From NCBI RefSeq assembly GCF_000002075.1, contig NW_004797776.1:233949-297948 (forward strand): 64,000 nt of DNA. Direction: 5' to 3'. Shown piece by piece: positions 1-13,180 of this stretch. Below the pieces are notes generated by a model. That model was given only the letters and a program-made list of their open reading frames with translations, made no database searches and was not told the origin of the DNA. The position numbers and the translations under genes are program-made. Origin of the DNA: Aplysia californica (taxonomy: Eukaryota). The first letter of the stretch is position 1. Each line of letters opens with the position of its first letter.

Positions 1-2058
1 GTAAAAACGATGTCACGCAATTCAACAAATTTCACGCAAATATCAGTCTTTAAGATCCAAAGTTATAAAGACATAGAAAAAGTGATAGCAGAACTAGATT
101 AGAAGTTCTGCACTAAAAATCACATGGAGATGCCAAGTTTCATTCATATGCTCAAATTCATTACTGACTTATGAACAGTTTTTCCTCAAAATACATCAAA
201 ACATCTTGTCCCACATTTTGGCGATTTTTTCCTATATGAAGGTCCTCCAACATTTTGCAAACAAAAATCCCAATAACTTTTTTATTTAGTAATGGATTTT
301 TAAAATTTAAAAACCATAGTTCTTAAATTTACTTTATTTTCATTTAAGCCCATTTTTAAACAATTTGGATGAAAATTTGATTGTTCATTGTCATTGCTAC
401 TTTATTCGGACTCGAGTCCGAAAAACATTTTTTCATTCATATTCGAACTTGAGTCCGAATAAAAAAATTTCTTATTCGGACTCGAGTTAATTTGTTTTGC
501 TTTTTTTTTATGAAGAAAAAAAATCTCTACTTTTATCTTGAATGGAAATCAAGAAGATGGCCACCAAAATTTGGTGATGTCAAAAGCTTTATGACTGTAA
601 ACATTTACTTTTTTTTTTGCTTTAAAGTCAGCCTTTTAAAATAGTATCCACAATGTGTTTTTAAATCGACATTTCATTAAAGGTGTTGGGCTGAAAAAAT
701 ATAAAAGTTGCCTAATCGGTGGAAAAAGACTGTGTTTCTTCAATTTCGTTTTTCCGACGAGTGCCTGATTTCACCACAGTGCCTTGCATTTTTTATAGTT
801 AATAGTATTTTTTTTTGTTTCAGTTGATAGTCTTTAAAGCTTTGTGTATTGATCACTTTTTTATGAAGTTATGGTTGGTGCTCAAATGCGGGGTTTTCGC
901 ATTACAAGTCCAGGTTTTATAATTAGGAGGGAAGTAGATCAAAGGCTTTTGCTGCAAAAGATCAGTTTTAATTGTTTATTTGTGTATGTGTGTTTTAAAA
1001 TTTTGAGTTAATGCAAGCTGAGTGTGGAAAAAACATTCTATTAATTCAGATGTCTCAGTCTAAACGCCGTCTAAACACACTGAAGTGACTGTGCAAGTAC
1101 TGTTTTTTGTTAAATCATTATCAGGGCTATAAAATTATATTTTAAAAAATTGTTTGTTAATAGTTTTCTAACTTCAAATGTCAGGTTTCGGTATTATTGA
1201 TTTTTTTCTCTCTATGGTCTCTCGTTTGGGTTCTTTTTCTATAAGTTTTACACAAATATTGAGTTTATATTAGTCACGAAATTTTATGTAGACCTAGTAT
1301 TTGAAATATTTGATGGTTTTTATTAAAAAAGTGTTCGCACTTAGCTTACATCATGTCCAATAGCAATTGTAATTTCCATGCTTTGGACCTATCAGGGGAT
1401 TCTTCACGGGGGCATGCCACCCTGAAGTTTTAAAAAAATGGGGTTACAGGGTGGTATGCTCCCTTGTTTTTCCCCATAATTCCATGTTTTGTTAGGTTTT
1501 AAGTTTTCTTAAAAAAATAATTGATTTCACACTGCGACAGTTTTATTGACCATAACTGCAGCAAAAAATACTCAGTTTAATCCCCAAATCAGTGTATCAA
1601 ATCAAATGTGCAGGAGGGAAGGTAAAAAATACCCAGGTATCCTCTGATTGTTATGGTTTGGGTTGCCTTCTTGTGTACAGTATCCTCTGAAGGCGTGGTG
1701 TTTCCATCTCATCTCAGTCCCTACTCTCGACTTAAAACAACCTGAAAAGCACTAAAGGCTTCCTGTATTCTTTTGAAAAGCATGAAAAATTTTCTGTTAC
1801 CAAAAATATCTTTCAAAAACATATTTGTAAATAGTTCTGTAAATTTAAATCAGGTTCTTGGTATTATACTTGCACTACCGTCTCACGCTGAGGTATTTTA
1901 TAGCTCTTTTCTTGTTCATTTTTATCCGATTTACACAAATATTGACTTTATATTCGTCTTATGTTTTCAGCGTTAGAAAAGAGTAGAATTTCTAGTTTAT
2001 TTGTTTCATGTGCTACTACCAGAAGTTTAATTTTTTAATAAACTTTGTTTCTGAATAG

Positions 2059-2193
2059 CTGAAGCAGTTCCAACGGCATCGTAGCGCATCTCGGACACGG
2101 GACTCTGCTGAGCGAGAGCTGCCTAGGGGTCATGCAGCTGAAAGGTCCCCACGTAGTGCCTCCCCTCGCAATGCATCCCCACTTCCTGCTGAG
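2059..2193 (+). CDS. GOLGA2: GM130 exon ([16 protein letters not shown]...SPLPAE)
   Basis: tag|CTG...GAG|gtgagc, 135 nt, phase 0-0. Confidence 0.8.
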
Positions 2194-5100
2194 GTGAGCT
2201 AAGGAGATTTTTAAATAATGATTTCCATCTTTCTGGGTTTTCTTATTATGTGTTTGGAGAGTATCAGTGGACTTCCTGCCTGTTTGTCTTATTCTGCATA
2301 TTGCTTTTTTCTAAATCGCACAAAATTAACTGTCTCCTAAATAATCTAATAATAGTGTTGATAGGGGTGTTATATCTGTACAATTTTCTCAAGATTAGTT
2401 TTGTTTTTGTTGCATATGTTCTTGTTTTCTTTAGTTATGTTTGTGTGGGCATATTGGACTTTCTTTGGTTACATGAAGTTTCTTGTCATAATTTGTTACG
2501 CATTCTCTGTATTTGTTGTTTTCATTGTTGAAGGGGTAGGGCTTGTTTGAGTAAAGCAAAAGAAACAAAAGGAAGTTGTGGAATAGGTGAAGGACAAAAA
2601 GATAAAATAAGAAAGATATGGGGGTGGTAAAGGAGGGAAGGTGGGCAAAAATTAATTTTAATTTTAGACAGAGGGTTTGTGTTTACAATTTTTAAGATTC
2701 AGAGTATTAATTTTGTTTTTTTTCTTGGTATGCCCAAAATGTTTTTCTTTTCTTTTTTCCAGCAAACTGAGACCACCAAGGATGTGGTTGGTGTAAATTC
2801 AAATGGGTCGAATGCTGAGGAACTTGTCGATGACATTCGGTGAGTCCGGCGAATTTGCTTTCAACTCCATGTAGTAATTAGTCAGTGAAGATTTGCAGGT
2901 CACTGAGATCCCAGGAACAGGTTGATCGGCCGGGTGATGCTTGTGCATTGTTATTGCCAACAAAACACAATGTTTCAAACATTTTGTTTCTTGTCTTATG
3001 AAAGTTCATACCACTTTCTTTTCTAATGCGTGTCTGTGGTGTGAATGTTTTTTTGGGGTTTTTTAAGTTACTACCCTGTGGGTTGAAAATGTCTTTAAAA
3101 AAATGTTGACTTCTGATTTTCACAATTTGCTTCTTGCCAGCCACTGCTCCGTCTGTCACGTACACTTCACAAAAAATTTAGGACAGGAGTCTAAAATAAG
3201 ATGTCGATGCATTTTATTTCTAGATTGAGAAAAGAAGGGAGTTTGAGCCCGGATGGGGGTTTCTCTGGTGGTGGTGTCAGTCTTTCCTGTTTACTTCTAT
3301 ACTGTAATACCACTATCACACCAACCTGTTCCTGGCTATGTGTGACTGCGATCACTCTGTCTCACCATAAGCTACAACTCAACAACCTCTTCTGTCTTCA
3401 TTGTCTCTCATTCCTGTCTGATGCCTTGTTTATTTCGCAGCACTGTGTGACATGAATATTACCTGACTGAGACTGTATATGATTGGGGAGTGCCCTTGGA
3501 GAATTTGTACTTCTTTCCTGTCCCTATGTAGGGTGTGGTTTGGTTTGCTCCTGCTTTCCTATCAAACATCTCTATAAAGATATCTCTCCTATCCTTCTTC
3601 TTTTCTTTGTATGTTACTCTCAAATAACACTTTTATAACGTATTTTATTATATCATTTAATTATGTATTTTTGTTGCAAGTGCTGCAAAACCCTTACTGA
3701 AACTGAACCTGTCTCTGTCAAAGGAGCAACTCTATAGTTGTGGGTCCTCTGCTGAGTGCGGCTACTTCTTATTTTCAGAGCTTCCACTGTTTGTGGTTGG
3801 CAGGTGCTCTGATGTGGTTTGCTACTTCTTTTCTTTATATATATCGCCTTTATCTCCTCTCCTCTTTTTTGTTTTTGTTACTCTCTAATCTTCGGCTCCA
3901 ATATTATCATATTGTGTTGCAAGTGCAAAGAGTTTCCATTGTCTCATAGTGATATCCCAGGGAAATGAACTCATTATCATAGGTAGTCACAGTGAGTTAC
4001 TTCTAGTTTGTGCTGCATTTCCCAGTACTAAATGCCTGTGTATGTGGTTGGCAGGTGCTCTTGTGTGGTTCGCTCTTTCTTTCCTATTTAACATCTATCG
4101 CCCTTATTAAATCTCTCCTCCTTCTTTTTTGTGTATGTTACTCTCTTGTAACACACTTATTCTTCGGCACTTATATGACCTTATTGTGTTGCAAGTGCCT
4201 TAAAACTCTTACTAAAACTAAAAATGCCTGTGTGTTGCCTGTGTGTTTGGATGGTTAGAGGGCATGTCTTGCTAGTTGTACTTTTTGTGCTATTTCGTCA
4301 GCCAGCCATTTTTGTTGTCAGTCTGTCTTGCTTTTGTCCAGCACTTTTTTACTTTCTTTGTCTTTGAGCTTTTCCTTTGACTCCAAAAACCACAAGAACT
4401 CAATATTACCAATCTGATTTACTGCATGACTGGGACAGACTCTTGATCTAGTATTCTTCTTTCATTCCAGGACGACAGCATCAACAGAGAGTCTCCAGCA
4501 ACTGTCTAGGCAGATCAACGGTTTGCTGTCTGAGGTAAACACTCAGACATGTTGCTCCATGCTTATTTGTCCCAGCTTCTCTTACCGCTCTGTTTGCAAT
4601 GGGCATTCTCATAGGGAGCATATAAAAGGAAGGCCTCCATAATTTCTTCATTGTAGCACATTTTTCATCAGTCTTTCTCAGTGCAAATTTTCCATTTTGA
4701 ATGGTTACTTTTTTTAATAACTTCAGATACAAGAAAAATTGTTAATTATGTTCACTGATGGAAAATTGTGGCTTTGATTGAGCTTAACTTGGACGTTTGA
4801 AGAGGCTGTATAAGTGACAGTGACAAGGTTTTGTTTCTTTCATTTGGTACCAAAGATAATGAACTTTTGAGAGAACCAAAGGTAAAATTTGATGAAGATG
4901 CTTAATTGATCTCCTTTTTGTTGGATGTTAAACGAAAAGTAATGCTCATGTGCATATTTTATTCAATACAGTAAGAATTATTGTACTTTGTAAGTTATTA
5001 GATTATTATTGATCTCTGTTTTCCTACTGGTTATTTTGAAATTTGTAGAAAGAGATGATGGTTTGCCATCATTCATTCGCATTTTATCTTTCAAAACTTT

Positions 5101-8100
5101 TAGAAATAATGTTTTGATTTGACTGGACATATTCTTGACTTGCACTGGGAATGTTCTTTATTTCTCTTGTGGTTAATATTGAGCAATCCTTGTCTTTGCT
5201 GACTTGTTAAAAATGGGTTGACTTGCATGAATCTTTGTCTTTTGTTCTCTTGGTTTACCCAGCTTAACATTCTTGACTTTTTAGAGAAGTTTTGGTGGCA
5301 TGCTTAGGTAGAAGGGGAAGACCCATGTTTTCTTTCATCCAGTACCTGCTCTTTTCTCTACACTCTCTTTCCTTTAGCTCTGTCTTTCTTGTTTCTCCTT
5401 TCTTTTTTTTCTTCTTTTTTTTTCGTAAGTTTTACGGCGCTGGCAACTGCATAAGGCCATATGAGCGCACAGGACACATTAAACACTTTCAGTGGGTAGG
5501 AAATTTTTAATTTCGCCTAGATGGCGGCCGAAGCCTACTCTTATCGATTTTGGACCACCAAGGGATATTAAACCTGTGCAGCTTGCACACGGGACCTCCA
5601 AGATTTTTCACCCATATCCGAGAAGGCTAGGTGTTAGATCTTACCTACTATTAGATCAGGGATGTGGCTGAAAGACAGCAGTAAGAAGTAGCCAAGGAAT
5701 AGCAGTAGAAAGGTTTCAGAAAGAGTCAGGAGCTTAGAGGAGGGGGCGAAGGAGGTGAGGGGGTGGGGGCAGTAAGTGAAGATGAAAGCAGACAATAGAA
5801 CTTTGTTATAGAGCAGGAAAGGAACTGATAGGAGAAAATTTTAGAGAAGAAAATTTTCCGTTGCTATCCGTATTCAAACTCAAGACCTATTGAATGAGAG
5901 GCGAACACCATAACCTCTCATCCACGAGAGCCCCCTTGTTTTTCTTTCCTCACTTATTTTGTTTTCCGTTTTTTTTATTGTCTGCTTGATCAGCGCCTGT
6001 GGTTTGGCACCTCGCCGCCATGTGCAGGAGACATGATTTTGATATCCCATGTGGGGAGGTCATTTTCCTCAACAAGTATATCTGTCTGTCTGCTGGGACA
6101 TTGTATTCATCTTAGCTTGGGTTGGCCCTGACAGGCAGGGTCAAAACTTGCCTTGTGAATTTTCTAAAAAATAGTATCGATGGGTGCATAACACTTCTAC
6201 CGTAGCTAATTTTTTTTTTTACGTTAGCCTGGACAGGTTGTTGATATGGTCTGCTTCTTTTATTTTATTTTCCTCTGATACTCTTATCTTGGCTAAATGC
6301 TGTCTCTGTCTTGCTGACTCACAGCATGCTGCTGTCTGAATGCCTGCCTTTTCTTCTCGGTCTGCGACACTGACTGCTGTCAGAGCAATTCTAATTCGCT
6401 GTGGTTGCTCCTGCATTCAATTTCTTTAACATGTTTTCGCACTAAAAAAAGAGTACATTTCATTTATTGACTTTAATGTGTACCATGAATGATATAGCTT
6501 ATTTTAGAGACGACTAAACCAAGTCAACACAGTCTTACCTTTCACATGAAAAAAGAAATTACCGAAATTTGGAATAGTTTAAAATGTCAGCGATTCTGAT
6601 TTCATCTAATTGGAGGTATAGAGTGGACATGGTTGCCCCCAAGCTGTAGTTTCCCAATGTGACTGCATGCAGTTGTATTTTCCCCAATAGATTTTCAAGT
6701 GTGCTTTGATATATGCAATCAGGCAAAGTTGTCGCTTTTCAGGCCAATGTGTTCACAGTACTGGGTGGAGTTTATATTGTTTGTTGCAGTCTCCTGTAGC
6801 AGAAATGTGCTTATTTATGCCATACCTCCTGTATGTGCCTGTGCGCTTAATATGTTCCTATAAATGTTAGTAAATTCATGCATATTTGTAGGAATAACTA
6901 TTACTTGATCTATTGAGGGTGGCAGCTCTTTTATATCTCTAACTTCATTCTTTTTTTTATTGATTTGAATTTTAGAAGAACTTTGCAGTGTTGTGGTGCT
7001 GGGTTTCAACTCTTTAGTGTAGTGAAAGATCTAGTGCTGCTCTAGTTCTTCCTAGAGCCCCTGTCTTGCAAGAAACCCAAAACAGTAAAAAAAAAAAATA
7101 TGCCCAAACAATGTTACGGCTTTGCTCAATTTTTTTTTTCTTTAAAAAAAAAACAACTCCCAAAACAATATTGCTTTTCTATTGACTGTTCCTCCTCTCA
7201 CCAGATCCGTGCATGGAGTTTTGCTATTTTTACCCGTTTCTGCTGTGTGTTGATCTGTTGTTGGTGTTTGTGTGTGAGGTTGTGAGGTGAAAAGCTGTAG
7301 GAAAGACTATCCTTACTTACAGTCTTGTCTTGTTTTGTGGTGTGACTATTTCAGTCGGCAGCTTACCTGAACGGAGAGGAGGCCACTAGCAATGGGATGC
7401 AGGAACTGGAGGTGCTATTTGTTGTTGTGAACTGACGCTTTCATTTTTGTGTTTTGTATGAATAATAATTTATATCTCGGCTTATTGTCAGATAATACAA
7501 GTAATTTATTCCTCAAGAGAAATTGCTCACTGATGTAGTACTGGTATGGCTTTGGCAAGAGGAAGAGTTCATTTTTCTGTCTGACAATAAGGTGTGAGAT
7601 TTATTTTTTAAAATCCCATCCCATACTGAGACATTTTTTTAGTGGGGTTTGACCTTCAGAATGCTTTTCGACTTATTTCAGGCCTTGGCTATTTCATTTA
7701 TTCATTGGACCTATCAATTCCTATTTGCTTTTGTAAGTAAACATACGCAGAAATCCCATAAAATAAGAACATAATTTTTTTTTAAATGGCACAGCACTCT
7801 TCATTATGAAATGGAAGCCATGAGTTTCATGTGGGAAATGATCTTAGTAGTGATCAGGAATTGAGGTTGAACTATTTATCTTAACAGATTTGTGTTGTCA
7901 AAGGCACATTTTTATTTACTGTAGACATAAGAAGTCTGTGGCACTAGCAAAACTTTCAAATATTTCTGTACAGAGGTAAGGTATGTGGTTTCATCGAGTT
8001 ATGGGATGAAATATTTTTCTTTTGTGCCAATGTCTTCTTTGTTTTATAGCGTCTTAATGTGCATGAATGCAAATCTTGTGTGAAAATGGGGAATAAATCT

Positions 8101-11100
8101 GTCATCAGCATGCCTGATGCTGAAGTAAACATGACAAGGGGTTTATTGTGTGCAGAGTTATTGCAACATTTTCAAGCATGCTTTATTGTGCATGCAAAAA
8201 AACCCCAAAACATTTCTCCTCTGCATCATGAGAAATTTGTCCTTTTAAAAGAAATGAAAATTGGAAGTGTAAGCATGTGAGTGTGTTTTCAACAAGATTT
8301 ACTTGAAAAATTGTCTAGTTTGGTTTAGCTAATTATTATTTTCTCTTGGTTAATGCACTTGGTGGAGGGAAAAACAGGTTGTTGTTTTTGTTTTTTTCCT
8401 ATACTCTTCCACGACGCAAGTTTGTTTTCTGATTTTGATATTTAGTGTTAATCATCTGGAGGGATTTTGCACTCTGTTTCGTCTCTGATCCAGGTCAGTT
8501 TTAGTTACAAATGTAATATACATTGAAAGTTAGATTCATTTTATGATATGAAGTCTTGTATTCGTAGATCTTTTAGATTTTTATTCAAGTGGAGATTAAA
8601 TTTTATCCAGGGAAAGTAATATCTTTTCTATCAAAATTCCACTATTTTTTCATACTGAAACGTTTACTAGTTCTGTAGCTACATACACCAGAATCTTTCT
8701 CCTCACCCCCGCCATTTAAAATTGTAAAATTAATTTTTCACTACAGCTTAAGATCTGAATTTTTATATTTTTCGTAAACCATCAAATATCCAGTTTACTA
8801 GCACTAGCATACCGGTCATATGAACAGAAACATGAAAACAAAAGAGTAGCCGAGTGCCGATAGGGTATAAATCCCTTTGAACGTTGGAATAAGAAGTCTT
8901 ACAGTAGTTTCTCCGATGAGAACATTTTCATTTTGAAGTGCCTGCTAGTCTCCTCAGATACTCAAAACTTTTGTATCATTAGATGTCTGCTCACAGTAAG
9001 AAGTATTTTATGTGGGTTGTAAATGCAATTGCGTATGACAGATCCATGCTTTTTATGTTTTGTTTCTGTTTTTTGCCGCCTGCTTGCTTAGCTTTTGTCG
9101 TCCGTGTACTTATGTTTTACGGAAATATTTGAGAACACGCATGACATTTGTTGTCTGTATAGTCGAAAAAGCATTCCTGTTTCCAGATTTTAGATTTTGT
9201 CAGTTAAATGGAAAGTTTTGGATGTCTGGCTTAAACTTATATATATATAAGAAAATTATAATAACTTATTCACTCACTTTTTAAAATTATTACAGTTAGT
9301 GTTTGTTCTACCTGCCTTTATTCTGTCAAAAGATAACTTTGTGGTCTCTCAACTCTCTTATGAGTGTTACTCCGATTCAGTTGACGTGCTATATATTTAC
9401 AACAAAGTTCTTGTAGTAGTGCTCTCTCTGGATGAAGCATACACCCAGCTACAAACTACATTTTCCCATTTCTCAAGTCTCTAGAGAATGTGAATGATTG
9501 GATGATATTATTGACAAGAGGTCTTACTTTACTGCTGTCGTTCCGCTGGATTTCTCTGCCTGTCCAGACTTCACCAGCTTGTAATGACCATCATCAAATC
9601 AAATTTTGTAATATCTTTTAGTCAAACACGTGTGAATCTAGGATACGCATGTTAGTGGGGACATTGTGGTATTGAAAGTGAGTGTCTTATACTTCTGGCT
9701 TTACTGCTGTTATTTGTCATCAATGAGTGGTTGGAGGGTGCCTTTAGTAGGTTCCAATCCTTTTCTTTCAATCAGTTGATTCTGTTTGTCTTTCTTGCTT
9801 TTTTTCTTAATAATAATTGACTGTCAACATGCCTTTATACTTCCCTTTGCTCTGACCAGATTGTTTTTTATTATTCTGAGCTAGTATTCAGGTTGTTTCT
9901 TGTTTTTTTCTGATACAGGAGAGGAACAGAGATCTGGCAGCCCTGTTGGAGAAACATTCACAGGCAAACGAACAGTTGAATCTACAAAACCAGCAGCTTG
10001 TGAGTTGTGCTGTGCTAGTAAATCTTTAATTTTAGTGGGATTGGGGGTGTATGTGTATGGGGTTGGGGGGAGGGTGTATATTGGATGTGTGCGTTTTTAT
10101 GGAGGTTTGTATGTGTGTGTTTGGGGGGGGGGGGGGAGAAGTGCTCTTAAGTTGTATGTGCAAAAGTGTTTTGTATGTACGTGAGTGTGGAAGAGAACTG
10201 CATTTTATATTGAGTGTCAAAGTGTTTGCATAATCTGGGTAGTATCTGAAGAAAAAGGAAAAAAGCAGTAATACCATTTGTTGGCTTGTTATGGAGTTAA
10301 GAGAAAAATATCAGTGTGGGCTCGTGTCACTCTAGCGTATTATTGTATAACTTTTTATCAATTTGTGAAGATTGTTTTTCTAATTGAATGTGCTAAGGGC
10401 TGACGCTTTTAAGAGCTAACTGTTTAGAAGTTTTGTGTCTTTTTTTATTTTCCTGGTCCACAAGATGAGCAAGGGGCCCTTCTTGCATGTAATTTAAAAC
10501 AATGTACAGCAATGTCATGTGAAACGTTATAGTATCTTCTCCATAGAATAGTCTCTTACCAGGTTGTTTGAGATTTAACTTTTCAATCTTTTCAGTCATT
10601 GTCCCTCCTATAGACTGGAACTGAATCAGAGAGCTTTGCTACATTGCCAGAGTACTTAGTTTCAGAAATACCAAAACAGGGATGATCGTTTCAAGTTCAA
10701 GTGTCTCACCAACTGAGTACATATCCATGAGTATAAGATTCATCGAGGTGTATCAAGTTGAAAGTATCTGATCGTTTCTCTTTCCAGCGCGAACATTCCA
10801 AATCCTTACAAGATCAGCTGGAGACTGAGAGGAGCTCATTCCATGAAAAACAGAAAAAAGACATTGGGTCTCTCAAGGAACAGCTGCAGGTGAGTGAAAC
10901 CTAAGAATTGGGTGCTTGTACAGACTGAAAATATGAAGCTGAGGGTAGGAAAATTGAATTTCATAGACTTTGATCATGATGCCGGAGATAATGATTTTGG
11001 GCTTCGCAGGCCAAGATCACAGGTGGAGCAAATGATGAAAAAAAAAATAGAGCTGCATTCGCATGGAAAATGGTACTGTGGACAGGATAATTTAAGGAAG

Positions 11101-13139
11101 AGGGTTTGAATAGCAGAATGACTGAACCGTCTTCCTTACATACAGAAGTAGCTGCATCATTTTTGTCGGGATACAGATTAAAGGTTAGTTACTTTGAGAT
11201 AAAGGTAGAAGAAATAGACCACTGGCTCACTTCTTAAGACTCACTAACCCACCAATGTAATGGAAGGAAGTTGTGGAGATGAGAGTATTTGTTCGTAAAA
11301 CTAACTTAAGAGTATAAAATAACATACAGGTTAATGGTAGCTTGTCCCTGTTTGAAAAAAACTAGTATTTTTGTATTCTGTTTCCTTTTGTTTCATTAAG
11401 TGAAATAGATGGGTTGGCTAGCTTCCTTTTCTTTTCTCTTTTTTGTATGTGTGTGAACACTGATAGCTCTTGCGTCTCTTCTCTCCCTTTGTTGTTTCTG
11501 TCTGTCTGTTATTCTTCTTATCATCACTCATAGACTTGTCAAGTGTATGCGCTTCTCCTTTAGAGCTATTATTTCACTCTTCTCTGCTTTCAGGTTCATA
11601 TACAAACCATTGGCATTTTAGTAGCTGAGAAAACAGAACTGCAGTCCCAGGTGAACCAATCACAAAGGATAGCAGATCAACGTATAGGTGAGTCTGTGTG
11701 TGGGTTTGGGGTGATCTTTTTGTATGTGGATCTGTAGTCTAAGGATAGACTGAAATGATTAAAGGTGTAGGCTTGGGAATGACTGACTAAATGTGTAGGT
11801 CGAGGGTGGACTGAGTAAATGTGTAGGCTAGGGATGAACCGAGATGAGAGAACGTGTTGACGAAGGTGTGATAATGTGTTTGCACCGGCGTGTAGAGAAG
11901 TGAGTGAATGTGTGGATGACAGGTGTACAGTAGTGAATGAATGTGTGAGTGGTTGGTGGACCGAAATAAATGAATGTGTGGGCAGTGGGTGAACTGAAGT
12001 TGGTGAATGTGTGGGATAGTGGTGGACTGACTTGAGTGAATGCATGTGTGGGTATTTGGGGGAGAAAGGGNNNNNNNNNNNNNNNNNNNNNNNNNNNNNN
12101 NNNNNNNNNNNNNNNNNNNNNNNNNNNNNNNNNNNNNNNNNNNNNNNNNNNNNNNNNNNNNNNNNNNNNNNNNNNNNNNNNNNNNNNNNNNNNNNNGGGG
12201 GGCATGGATCTCGGTGAGTGATGATAGGGGACAAAGTGAGTGAATATGTAGGAGGAGGGTGGACCTAAGTGAGTCAACGTGTTGGTAAATCAGTAACTGA
12301 GATGAATGAACGTGTGTTTAGCAGATGGACAGGTGAGGGAAAATGTGGGTAGGGGGTAGATTGAATTGAGTGAATTTGTGTCTTTATGAATGATATTTGG
12401 TACTTTGTTGTACAAGTTGGTATGCGAATCTTGTTGGTTGTGCCAGTAGCTCAGTTGGTAACATGCAGGACAGTGTTGCGGATGACCCTAGTTTGTTTCA
12501 CCACTAGGGCATTCTTGCAATGTTGCTCTTGGAGGAGTTATCATAGTTCTCCACACACTTGGCTCAGTTTTTTTGGAGATGGGTGTTAAATTGGAAGTGA
12601 TACTTTTAATAGACTAATTGTGTTGAAAGGGATGTTAGACTTGTCATATCATACTTCTTTTTCTTGGAATTTTATTAAGTAGCCCTTGGGTTGTGTATAG
12701 GGAATTTTCATGGCTTTTCACTCACTTGGTTTAATCCTTTTGGAAGTGGACATTGAATCTGAGGTTGTGTGTCTCACATATTGCTGCAGTTTTGAAAGGG
12801 ATGTTTTGCTCATATTGTACTATCAAATTGCTCAGATTTTTATCTTTATTTAAAAGACAAATCTAATACAAGTAAAATGATGATCGTTATAATAATTTTC
12901 TTTCTTTTTTTTTTTTTTAAACTTTGCTGGGATTTTTATGTTTACTTTTGTTGCAGAGGAAATTGAGGAGCTCAGTGGTCGGTTAAAAGCATCGCGCCAG
13001 AGAGTATCAGATCTGGAGCGGAGTCTGTCCACCACCTCACAGTCTGGTCAGCAGCTTGAGAAGGTCAGTGATGAAGAGTGCAGGCACACACCTAGACATA
13101 TACTCACTCATTCACAAGCACACACACCACACACATGCA

Positions 13140-13180
<41 letters not shown>

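Noticed and set aside
402-486. Palindromic repeats with short spacers resembling a mini CRISPR array
   Set aside because: Eukaryotic context, only three units, low-complexity spacers, no cas genes; the same motif forms the TIRs at 42134-42948.
3139-7210. Other acceptor-like sites in the early GM130 introns (3139, 6324, 7205)
   Set aside because: No good in-frame donor found at a compatible distance.
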